Of a stretch of 64,000 bases of DNA, positions 25,021 through 35,435 are shown one piece after another. The position numbers and the translations under genes are program-made. Origin of the DNA: Paraspadella gotoi (Eukaryota; Animalia; Chaetognatha); the NCBI GenBank assembly GCA_051294375.1, contig JBJCIZ010000028.1:1770542-1834541 (forward strand), read 5' to 3'. Position 1 is the first letter of the stretch. Every line of letters begins with the position of its first letter. The notes under the pieces are model-generated. The model had not been told where the DNA came from and searched no databases. It saw only the letters and a list, made by a program, of their open reading frames with translations.

Positions 25021-27925
25021 GATTTTCCTATTTAATACTTTAAAAACCGATTCGAATTTTTGTTTATTTAGAATTAATTTGTTTTATAAAACCCTTTAAT
25101 ATTTGTGTTACAAGATTTTGTTTACCTTTATGAAATCTTTAACTGAATAATTTCAGTCTTGATATCTCAGCTCAGATAAATCAAGTATCTATGGGCAACA
25201 GCCGGGTTGCCTGTGATGCCCATTAGAGGATGGGGCAATCTCACTGTTGGCTTTGGGGGCTTCCGACCCTTCAGTGACGCCTCCCAGTCACTGCGCGGTT
25301 ACCTAGGACGGTCCTCGCTTTGCCAACGCAGAGGGTAGTCGTTAATGGCAACTGTGGATGGAACCTTAGCTGGGATGGTGTGTTCCCCTCTGAACCAATG
25401 GATTTGGCTGAAACGATGTGGTGGATGTGAGGCGTGGTGAATATACCGGGCCACAGGATCCCCGGGCCAAGAACATCACTCAGGTTCCCTCAAGCCTGAG
25501 CGGTGTCTGACAAGACTGTTTACCATAGGTGGGAGAGAGAGAGAGAGCGCGAGTCCGTGGGGCATAGGCGTTTTGTCGTAGCGCACCCTAGGGGCATAGG
25601 CCGTCGTTGTTCGTAGCGTACCCGAGTCCGGCAGGGGCATAGGCGTTGTCGTAGCAAAAACCTGTCGATTGAGGAGAGAAATTAATTTACTTCCTTCCCC
25701 TTTCAATAAAAGAAAGGTTTTTTTCAATTTTTCAAACTTTAGTGTGTTTCTCTCATCTATTAAAACTATAAAATAAGTCAAAAATCGAGCTTTAGTGTTT
25801 AAAATAAAACGGCACCTCACAAATCCTCACAAATTAAAGAGTAGGCTTAAAAATTTTTTAGCAGCAAAAGTATTAAATTTTTTGCCCTAATTTTTTAGGT
25901 TACAGAAGCACCATTGATAGGGTGGGTGAATTTTGATTGAATGTAACATTTTGAATAGACGAGAATCTCGCTTTAAAAAAAAAATTCAAAACATTTTTCT
26001 AATGAGAGAATTCCGTTCAAATCTGACTACCGAAATTTGCAAACGCGTTTGCCAGAAATTCGGTTAAAAAACACTTGTAAAAAACGCACGATTCCGAGAG
26101 CGTTTACATCTGAAGAGCTTGTCCTATTCGTTTTATCCACATTTGATGAAGGATTTTGATATCAAACAAGCCAGGGAAAATGCACTCCTCATCTTCAGAG
26201 AATTTTCAAATCTCATTTTTACTATAGAAATGAAAGGGAAAGTTTTACAAACTTAAAATTTCAAACGGGATTGCTATATGTTTCCTGTTACATGAGCGAC
26301 TTCGAATTTCGCGATTCTGATAGCTTTGTGTCTGAAAGAGCTTTCTATTTTTCTTTTTGCATTTTATAATGATTTTTGACATAAAATGATCAGGTTTAAA
26401 TGAAATAGTCCGGTTTGAATCGCGAAATTTTTTTTTAAAAAGAAATTAAAGTAAGGTTGAGAAAAAAAAACTGATTTTTCCTAATATCTTTTGAAAGAAT
26501 AAAAGATAAAGGGGATGGCAATAGTACCAAAATGAAGCCATAATCTATAGGGCACATGCAAAATGACAATTTTAGAATTACTTATGCTGAACCTCCTTAC
26601 AGGGTGAGTGGTCAAACTAAGTCAAAATTATAATGAATTTTAAAACTAACAACACCCATAAGAATAAATGAAATTAAGTTCTTTTTAATGATTCTGAAAG
26701 AAAAAAGGCTAAATTGTGTACTCTAGTAAAAATTTAAAGTTTTTTGGATAAGAAAATGTGAATTTTTTGTCAATTATAAATATTTGCCTTGTCTGATTTT
26801 ACAAGCATGTTTACAAATTCTACAAAAATATAATTCCGCCGCATGCACCACAGCCTAAGTATTTATCTTTTTTCCACCAGCAAAAATAAACCATTATTTT
26901 ATGCTAGAGAACAGGATGTTTACTGAATGACGCGTAAGACATTCACTCTTCACTTTACTGTCATTTTTCAATAATAAAATAGGCGAATTTTTTAATTATT
27001 GTAACTGCTCAGCAGGCTTCACAAGACATATAGCTTTCATTATAATATCCCAAGTTAATGTAATCTTAGTATATTTTTTACCCCAGAAATGGATAAAATA
27101 ACAGAAAGTTGTGGGATTCCCTGTCGCTCGTTTAAGAAAAAAAAATTAACTAGCGGAATTATCAAGTTTGGTAGAGGAAGTCAGAATCGGCGAAATCTTA
27201 AAAAAGAGGCGAGAATGTTGAAAAAAAGGGGTAGAATTTTTGATGGTTCGTAAGATTTCTGCCAACAATGTGAGGTCCGATTAAGAGCGACTTGAGATTT
27301 ACAATATTCCCGGTCATTCCAACTCTATCGATATAAAAATAATAAGAAAAAAGGTCACTGGTTTTTTCTGAAATAACGCTTCCTACTTTAAAGTATGAAA
27401 TTTAATTTATTATTGGCATATTTTCTATCAATTAAAAACCTTTATGATAAAATCTATGCGAAAATTGACTCAATATTAATATTAATGATTATTTTTTACT
27501 TTTTAGCATTTGGTGGAATTGTTTTTGTCATATTCAAAAAACCGAAAAATCAACAGAAAGATCATAAAATGAGGATTCTTTTGAAGTATAATATTACTTA
27601 ATTATGCTCTTGGTTGATAATTAAATTTATTTTAAAAAAATATATATAGATGTAACAATATTTATACATAGCTTTGTCAATAGTAGTTATGTTGGTGAAG
27701 AAAAATTTAAAATTAGGTTAATTTTGAAGCTAGCAATTTGTATGTTACAATTTCTATAGTTTTTTAATAATAAGAATTGGATTAAGTCCTTTCATAGTAG
27801 TATTACTAAATGGTTACTGATTTTTGGTAATAAATTGAGTTATTTTCGAATAATAACTTTAGAACAGAATAAATCGTAGGCTTATGAGAGTGAGTTAAAT
27901 TAAGAGGCTCTCTTTTCAGTAAGCA

Positions 27926-28249
27926 TCACAGACGAATGAAACCCGGAAACAGAGGAAAGGATTAAGGAAGAGGATTCCGGAAGAGGAGAAGATTCTGGAA
28001 TGATTTGAACGGGATTTTGGAAGCCAAATCCGAAAAGGAACAATAGTTCCGGAAGAGGAAAAGAAGGTTCCAGAAGAGGAAGAGGAGGATTCCGGAAGAG
28101 GAATCTGGCTTCGTCTACTTACCTTTAAATAGCCTCTGTTTCTGCTTTGATTCATTCTGTCCAAAATTGACACCGTCTTCTTGATAGTTATTCTACAAAT
28201 AAATTCGACCTTGATTTCATATCAAAATCCCTGTCTACTTACTTAAATG
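27926..28249 (+). repeat. 5' LTR with HSE array, TATA-like TTTAAATA (about 28124) and AATAAA (28198)
   Basis: Directly precedes the PBS; a second copy (inverted, 45916-46246) begins at the same TCACAG in different flanking DNA. Confidence 0.75.
27970..28097 (+). promoter_or_regulatory. Heat-shock-element cluster in the LTR U3
   Basis: Perfect GAAnnTTCnnGAA at 27988-28000 and 28063-28075, plus three TTCCGGAA dyads; both perfect sites are retained in the second LTR copy. Confidence 0.55.
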
Positions 28250-28324
28250 TGGTGACAGGAGTGGATTCGACATCCACTTCTCCAAATCAGAAGGTCAAGC
28301 CTTAGCCACAACGACCACGCCACC
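28250..28324 (-). ncRNA. PBS (tRNA-Leu type) extended into a whole antisense tRNA-like sequence ending in CCA
   Basis: Plus strand TGGTGACAGGAGTGG is PBS-like; minus strand reads GGTGGCGTGGTCGTTGTGGCTAAGGC-TTGAC-CTTCTGATTTGGAGAA-GTGGA TGTCGAA TCCAC-TCCTGTCACCA. Confidence 0.6.
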
Positions 28325-28335
28325 CCTAAAAGAAA

Positions 28336-29723
28336 ATGGACTCCTCAGCCCCGACCATTCCCCCAGCCAAGGTCAGCTGGAGAAAAGGGGCCGCGCACGC
28401 CATCCACAAGCGCCGCAGCAAAAGAAGACGGTAGCTACCACCGTGAGGACCTCGACTATCACACTTTGATCTCACGGGAGCTCTACTGGAGCAATGCCAA
28501 TTGGAGACGAATCAGGCAGAAGTAACACGCCAAATCCTCACATTAATAAACAATGCAAACTTGAAGCATGATCAAAATTATGGCCTGGGATGAAAAACAA
28601 GAGATTTCGTCCGACACATATTGAATCCACATGTGTTATAAGTATTAATGGATATTGAATCTCGGCACAAAGATGGAGCGAAATTCACGAGATGATGAAG
28701 GTCATGATGACCCGCGACAACGACCGCAATATCGGCACACGGCTGACACACTTGTCGCAAGCCCCAACGCCGTCGTCACACCTCTACCCCAGCCCGAGCG
28801 CCCTCGCCGCCGCCACCGGACAACCTCGTGCCGAATCTTTTACCAATCAGACCTTGGTAAAAGGTTACCAACAACCCCAAGATGAAACTCCATCTGAAAG
28901 CGGAAGAANNNNNNNNNNTTCCTACACACCCGTCGAACAACCAATAAAACTAGAAAAAAGGAGAAATGACGAAACGCCGGAAGACTTCCTTCGTAGTTTT
29001 TACGAAGCCTTCAAGGACTCCCCAGTGCCGGAAAAGGTGGATCAACAACTGCGTGCCCTCCTCGCCCGGGACAAAGTCGCAAGCAGATTCTTGGAGCCAA
29101 TAAACCAATCAATGTGGTTAGGTTTACGCGCATTATGCGAGGGCTCCTCAGTCAGCATTGCGGAGGCCCTAGCCGAGGCAAAGATTGAGGTAAACCCTCA
29201 GGTCCACGCTAAATACGGCCTCGCCCTTGTCAACGCCGCGAAAGAAAATTTTGAAGCAGTGAGAGAAAAAGACAGGGCATCCATCCCTGATTATGTCGCC
29301 CAGATGTTAGTAGAAGCCATGGAGCCCTATGTGCCGGGCATAACATCGGAAACACTCGAGTGGACTCAAATGCTCGAGAGAGGAGAAACCCGACGCCTTG
29401 GTAAGGCAATCGAATATAAGTTACGGGGATACCTGAAGAAAACGGCCGACAATTCCATCAGGAAAATCGTAAAAACTGTATCCGATGACGACAAAGAAAA
29501 ACTCATTAACGCCCTCGTTCAAAAAGGCCAGACGGATAAAGATCCGAGCAGTAGTGCCATGGCCTTTTACCAAGGAACAGTTCTCCAAGAGATGAACAAC
29601 ATGAACGAGAAGATAAAGGAGTTGAAAAGGGATTTGGATAGCGCACAACACCCTAACCAACCGGAACGCCGCTATGNNNNNNNNNNAAGGGAAGAAAACC
29701 CTGCACTTTGGAAGAAGACGTGA
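28336..29723 (+). CDS. gag: Gag (5' part frameshifted or noisy; probably continuous with the protease ORF across the 10-N gap)
   Basis: ATG at 28336 matches the clean copy at 56189 (MDSSAPT...); helical and coiled-coil ORF between PBS and protease; no CCHC knuckle seen. Confidence 0.7.
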
Positions 29724-30951
29724 CATTGTAGATGTAACCAGTGAGCTTGATATCGGTTCCGCTGATGACTTTGATACAAATAAAAACGATTTGTATTATC
29801 CCTGCGTCGTAAATAAAAATAAAGAAAGTAGAAAAGCCAAAAAACAGCCAATAAACAAAAGCACAAGAAGTGCAAAAGACAATTTAGATCAATTTCTGAA
29901 AGAATCTTATCAAAACCTTGGAAAAAAGGTGATGGAAAGAAACACGCAACAAGTAAAACAAGAAAATAGAAACAAAGTCAAGGAGTTAGCTGATACAGCA
30001 AACAAACTAAGAGGCAAGTCAGCTGCATCTCGGATGTATAAACTTTTCAAACCTCTCGATGCTGAAGAAGTCGCCCTCGCCAACAAACATCTCCACAGAC
30101 TGGGCTGGACGGATTGGCCCAAGGCCGACCAGGCAGGAAAAAGGGCAATCATAACAAGGTCGAAAGCCTGCGCCAAGCTGGTTAGGAAGGCCAGCCGGGT
30201 CGAGACAAACCGTAACCAGAATCCTAGGCCCGAGCTTCAACCTCAGCCAACAGTAACCCAGCTGAAACGGAAAGGCAGACCAAACCCAGCAAAGCGAGAA
30301 GGAAAGCCATCCCTGAGAAAACTTCGACCAGTGGGAGACAAAAACAATCCCACCTACGAAATAATCGCTGGAGAACAAACTGGTGAATCTCTTCACCAGG
30401 CAACCATCAGGCGAGTAGAATTAGAGTGCCACCAACCGGAACATTTCTTGCCTCCACAACCTACGCCTGATACGACCAAGGATGAAAGGGACATGCCAAC
30501 TTTACCTGAAAATTTAATAAACATCATCAAAGGAAACAACGGACCTGAGCCTAGAGATGATACCGCAAAAACGTGTCACACAGGAAAAAACAGTTATATT
30601 CCAGCCGTCATCGCGGGAGCGCCAGCCAGCTGCCTGTACGATACAGGCGCATCTGTCAATACTGTCCCGCGAAAATTCATCGAAAAATGGGCATTATCCA
30701 AACACGTTTACCACGGTACTCCACTCAGATTATCAACAGCCACAGGAACCATCACTCTCACTGAGAGGATAAATCTAAGGATTATGTTCCAAAAATGGAC
30801 TCTAAAAACAGTTTTTTACGTTTCTGCGGACAAAGATGACCAGGACGTCATCATAGGGACAGCGGTCACCAACCCCGGGCCCCCTGATGAATTATGGGTG
30901 GTCCAACCATCCAACCAAAGGCCCGACCTTCAAATTGCATCCTATGGGTAA
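29674..30951 (+). CDS. Basic Gag C-terminal/linker region plus retropepsin aspartic protease
   Basis: CLYDTGASVN active-site motif and downstream VIIGT. Confidence 0.85.
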   Translation: MXXXXGKKTLHFGRRRDIVDVTSELDIGSADDFDTNKNDLYYPCVVNKNKESRKAKKQPINKSTRSAKDNLDQFLKESYQNLGKKVMERNTQQVKQENRNKVKELADTANKLRGKSAASRMYKLFKPLDAEEVALANKHLHRLGWTDWPKADQAGKRAIITRSKACAKLVRKASRVETNRNQNPRPELQPQPTVTQLKRKGRPNPAKREGKPSLRKLRPVGDKNNPTYEIIAGEQTGESLHQATIRRVELECHQPEHFLPPQPTPDTTKDERDMPTLPENLINIIKGNNGPEPRDDTAKTCHTGKNSYIPAVIAGAPASCLYDTGASVNTVPRKFIEKWALSKHVYHGTPLRLSTATGTITLTERINLRIMFQKWTLKTVFYVSADKDDQDVIIGTAVTNPGPPDELWVVQPSNQRPDLQIASYG

Positions 30952-31260
30952 CAAACCCGTGACCCACTTATTTCGAGACAAACACGAGGCCTTAAAGGCC
31001 GCTAGATGGCTAGCCAGGGGAAAGTAGATGAATACACATTAGTCCCAATTCAGCCGAACACGACATGGATGGAAAGATAAAACTAACCTCCACTAAGCCA
31101 TACTGGAAACCCTCGCTGGAGCGAGATGGGTAATCGAATCTAGTGACGAAAGAAACACGCTGCAGATGGAGATCAGCTGAGAGAAGGAGTCGAATTTGAT
31201 GCCAATCCAGGACCCTGGGGCACCGCAAGACCCCTAATTACCAACCAAGCAAGGACGGAA

Positions 31261-33177
31261 TTGGGACTAGAAACGGGATCCACAGCAGAACCCGTCCAGG
31301 CAGATCTAACCGGCGAAAAGCCTGTGCTCAGAAAAGTGAGAAAAGATCACATCCCCGCCACAACGATCGTACATCACAAGCCAACGGAGGAGGAAATCAA
31401 GGCAGTCGAGGAGGCCCGACAAAATAGGCGCCAAAAACATGACGCCCGTGGAAAAGAGGCTTTCCTGAAACCCTTCAAGGACGTAGACCCATCACTTCAG
31501 GATAAGGCTCACCTAGTCNNNNNNNNNNTGTGGGAATTTCGCGACGTCTTTGGAGAAACTATAAGCGACTGCAAAGAAGGTTTTCTTAATTACAAGGTGG
31601 ACCTTGGATATACAACGGATGACTTACCCAAACCAAGGTTCGCCAACCAAGGCCCCGTCAAAAAGGCTGCCCTGAAAAGATATCTCGAGGTATATGAGAA
31701 AGCCGGCATTGTGTCAAGCACAAAAAATGAGGCTTACTCCAACGCATTCCTTATTAAGAAACCGGGCCACATCGCTGAAGGTCAAGACGAAATGAATGAT
31801 GAGACTTTTGCAAAACAATGGCGACTCATCTGCGACCTTTCCTCCGTCAACAACAACATCTCAACTTACGCCACGGAGCCACAAACAATCGCTTCAATCT
31901 TAGAACAATATAAGCCACACGAGCTGCAATGCTCCGTTGACATCTTAGCTTGTTTCCACCAGGTCAACCTGACCGAGCGCTGCAAACCAGTCACGACCTT
32001 TGCAGGAGCAGGCCACAACTGGTGGATGAATAAGTTGCCGATGGGGGGCGTCAACAGCGTGAATGTGCTCCAAGCAATCCTGGATGAAATCTTCCACGAC
32101 CTGGGAACTGATGTAAAAAGTTTTTTGGTTTATGTGGACGACCTCATACTCACGGCCAAGTCACCCGAAGACATGGCGCAGAGACTCCGGGACCTACTGC
32201 AAAGATGCCGAGACGAAAACGTCGTCCTCAAGTGGACAAAAAGCGTCCTCCTCAGAAAAGAGGACATCAAGATATTAGGCTTCAGCATCTCCAAAAGCAG
32301 ACTCCTCCCGCAAAAAGAAAAACTGCAAGCGGTCGAATTGAAGCTAAAGACCCTCAAGACACAAAAAGAGCTAAGAGCTATGTTGGCCTCATTAAACTAT
32401 TACAGATGCTTCACGCATCGATTCTCATACATCGCACAACCTCTCCACGCCTTAACCTTACTGGAAAAAAAAGATTTCAAACTCTCCAAGAAACACATCG
32501 AGATGCTCCAGACCCTCGTCGACGAAATCAAAGCATGCCCAGGATTGAACTTTCTAAACGACGCCAGGATAAGAAATGGATCCTACAGAATCTACGCGGA
32601 CGCCAGTACGAGTGCCATGGGTGGACTTATCACCGCCACGGCCGACGGCGTTGAATATCCGTTGTCATTCCACTCCAAATCGTTTCCCGAGGAATATCGG
32701 ATTAAACACATCAACATCCTAGAGACCCTCGCCTTTAACATGATGGCACGAAAGTTCAAGGGTTACACATGTGGCAGAAGGGTAACATTGGTCACCGATT
32801 CTCAATATTTCAAGAGAATAATGGATCTACAGCATGACCGACAACAAATGCTACCGACAAACGTCTTGAGGTGGATCACAGAAATAAAACAGGAATGTCA
32901 ACCAAAAGAAATCATCCTCGTAAAAAGCGAAGACAACCCGGCTGACTTTTTGACACGCTTCACAGAACAAGGCCAAGTCACACCCCTGGACACCCCTTTC
33001 TTTCCTGCTGGCTTTGATGTTGATGGCGAATATGAGCCAGGTTTTGCAGAAAACCCTGTTTATGATTACGTGACCCCTGAGCACCTGGACCTGATAACAG
33101 GTCACGCCCCTACCCTTGCACTAATGGCTCAAACATTAGGAGAAGAAGCAAAATCATTTAGGACAAAATTTTTTTGA
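31261..33177 (+). CDS. pol: Reverse transcriptase + RNase H
   Basis: WRLICDLSSVN, VDILACFHQV, LPMG, YVDDLIL; RNase H YADAS, ILETLA, VTDSQ, NPADFLTR. Confidence 0.95.
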   Translation: MGLETGSTAEPVQADLTGEKPVLRKVRKDHIPATTIVHHKPTEEEIKAVEEARQNRRQKHDARGKEAFLKPFKDVDPSLQDKAHLVXXXXWEFRDVFGETISDCKEGFLNYKVDLGYTTDDLPKPRFANQGPVKKAALKRYLEVYEKAGIVSSTKNEAYSNAFLIKKPGHIAEGQDEMNDETFAKQWRLICDLSSVNNNISTYATEPQTIASILEQYKPHELQCSVDILACFHQVNLTERCKPVTTFAGAGHNWWMNKLPMGGVNSVNVLQAILDEIFHDLGTDVKSFLVYVDDLILTAKSPEDMAQRLRDLLQRCRDENVVLKWTKSVLLRKEDIKILGFSISKSRLLPQKEKLQAVELKLKTLKTQKELRAMLASLNYYRCFTHRFSYIAQPLHALTLLEKKDFKLSKKHIEMLQTLVDEIKACPGLNFLNDARIRNGSYRIYADASTSAMGGLITATADGVEYPLSFHSKSFPEEYRIKHINILETLAFNMMARKFKGYTCGRRVTLVTDSQYFKRIMDLQHDRQQMLPTNVLRWITEIKQECQPKEIILVKSEDNPADFLTRFTEQGQVTPLDTPFFPAGFDVDGEYEPGFAENPVYDYVTPEHLDLITGHAPTLALMAQTLGEEAKSFRTKFF

Positions 33178-33470
33178 ATTTGTGCGACAAAAAGTTCACA
33201 TCAATCAAGGCAACATCGAGAAACTGTACGGGAAACCAAAGACAAAAGATGTAGACACCTTTGTCAGAACAATCTCCGCCAAGGATTGGAGCTTAGGTCA
33301 TCCCGAGTTAGAAATGCTAAGTGAGATGACAGGCATCACGATCGTAATGATGGAAGAGGACTCGGCACGGGAAACGGGTTGCAAATTCGAGAGGATATAT
33401 GGACCTACTGACCACGATGGACGAATAAAAATATTTCGAACCATCACAGGACAGGTCAGCCTCGTCAGCA
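33097..33470 (+). CDS. OTU-like domain lacking catalytic Cys/His, between RNase H and integrase
   Basis: Removing one T from the T7 run near 33170 gives GHAPTLALMAQTLG..FRTKFFEFV...WSLGHPELEMLSEMTGITIVM...IKIFRTITGQVSLV, which follows the OTU pattern DGNCLF..L..R...W(G)G..EL...S....I.V...I.L....HY..L by eye. Confidence 0.45.
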
Positions 33471-34099
33471 ACGAAAACCCGACATGCCCACTCCGCCCGG
33501 CCAAGCAAGGACCAATCCAAACAATCAATGTGGCGAGTCTAAAGAAACCAGAGTGCAGGGGAAGGCCCAGAAGGCAAAATGCCACAAGTCACCACTGGGA
33601 AGCGCTGCCAGAAGATCTAATTCATGTGCAAATGCCAGACCCACCAAAGAATCCACAAACGTCACCTCCGCCATCCACGTCGACCCACTCAACCTCAGTG
33701 GAGACCATCCAATCAAAATGGCCTGGAGCAAAGGAAGAGTTAATGATCGACAGTACACTTGAGGCAGATGTCGACGTTTCAACAGAGGAGATAGCGGAAG
33801 AAGCAGCAAACCCCAATCAAAAAGAAATAAGGCTTATGCCTTTAACAGCACTTGTTAAGCAATGGCAACAAGAGAATGAACTGTTCAAAACTGTAATAGA
33901 AGCCCTGCAACAAGATGACCGCGAAAGTGCCGAGAAAATGCTAAACCAAAAGATGCAAAAAAGAAAAACCCTAACTGAGAGATACCTCACGAACATCCTC
34001 ACCGACCTCAATGTCACGGAAAATGGAATCCTCATACGGTTACAAGCCGAAACCCGACAACAAAATTTGTTGTCCCGCCCGAGAAAATAGTCAAACAAA

Positions 34100-35112
34100 T
34101 ACATCAACACTATGGTCACCCAGGTCGCGACCGCACGGCTTTTATATCAGCCCAATACGTCTCAGCACCAGGTTTATCAACGGCCGCGGCAAAATGCGTA
34201 AGAAACTGCGACAACTGCGCAAAAGCTACTGACGCACAAAAAAATAACGAAACACCCTCCGCCCCAAACTTAGCCATCACCCCTTGGGAATCATTAAGCA
34301 TTGACGTAATGCACCTGCCCTCGGTAGCTGGCTTTAACTACGCCCTGGTTGCATCCGACAATGCATCTGCGTACACATGGGCTATCCCCCTACGCCGCGC
34401 AGATGCCGAAACAATTGTGAAAGCTCTCGACGAAAGAATTTTTCTCCAACACGGTTCTTACATGGAAGTTAACTTCGATGGCGCAACGCAGTTAAATGGG
34501 AAAGCAATGAACTCCATACTGAACTTGCTTGACACGGTGGGGAGAAGGGTCCTGGTCGGAAGGAAGGACAGCAACAGGGCTGAAAGGGATATCGGCCGAA
34601 TACGCCAAGCCCTGCGCAAAGCTGTGGAAGACCAACCAAGAAAATGGCTGGATCAACTTCCCCACCTGATGCTGCTCCTAAATGCCACTCCAATCATCGG
34701 ATGGAAGACAGACATGTCTCCCCATGAAATCCAATTTGGCCACAGACCAAGGATCGTTGAAGCCGCTGATGACTTCACAAAAAGGAACCTCGTCGATTTC
34801 ATTCGGAAAAGGGCCGACAGACAAGAACAGGCCCAAACAAGATTAGCAGATCAGAGAAACAAACTGTACAAACAATCGTCGAGAGGAAATCCATACAAAA
34901 AGACGGCCGAAATCAAAATCGGAGACTTGGTCCTTGCCCGACGCGACCTCATCATGACCGGAACTGCAACGACCGAGAATAAAGTGAAGAGGATTTACTC
35001 TGGCCCACACAAAGTTGTACAACGAGACGGAAACCACTATGTCGTCTCGATCGCCGGCCAGAACTTAAGATACCACAGACGACGACTCAAACAACACGCA
35101 ACGAACGGATAA
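34100..35112 (+). CDS. Integrase (HHCC + DDE + GPY/F-like)
   Basis: HQHYGHPG and CDNC zinc motif across frameshifts; SIDVMHLP, FDGATQL, RAERDIG; YSGPHKVV. Confidence 0.9.
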
Positions 35113-35435
35113 ANNNNNNNNNNNNNNNNNNNNNNNNNNNNNNNNNNNNNNNNNNNNNNNNNNNNNNNNNNNNNNNNNNNNNNNNNNNNNNNNNNNNNNN
35201 NNNNNNNNNNNNNGTAAACGACTTTCCAAAGTAAGACTTGAGACTGAAGTCCAAAGACGATACTTCGTTTAAAGACTTCATGGTAACACAGAGAAAGAGC
35301 TACCACTATTTCCGTAAAATTAGGAGGCAAAGCGAGGGTAAGTGCTCAATTGGCAAGGCAAAAGTAAAGACTTACTGTTAACGGCAAAGAAAAAGTCACG
35401 ACTCAATGGCATGTTAAAAAAAAGGAACCATTTAC

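Larger units (their letters stand above)
27926..35112 (+). mobile_element. Ty3/Gypsy LTR retrotransposon from 5' LTR to integrase stop; 3' end lost in the gap
   Basis: LTR-PBS-gag-PR-RT-RH-INT order with recognisable catalytic motifs. Confidence 0.95.

Noticed and set aside
25244-25345. HDV-like ribozyme suggested by a TCCTCGCT loop
   Set aside because: P3 would rely on two G-U pairs, the first P1 pair fails, and there is no GG directly after P1.
33165-33182. Programmed ribosomal frameshift at the T7 run
   Set aside because: It needs a +1 shift, and the element has several other indels; a homopolymer error or decay is simpler.
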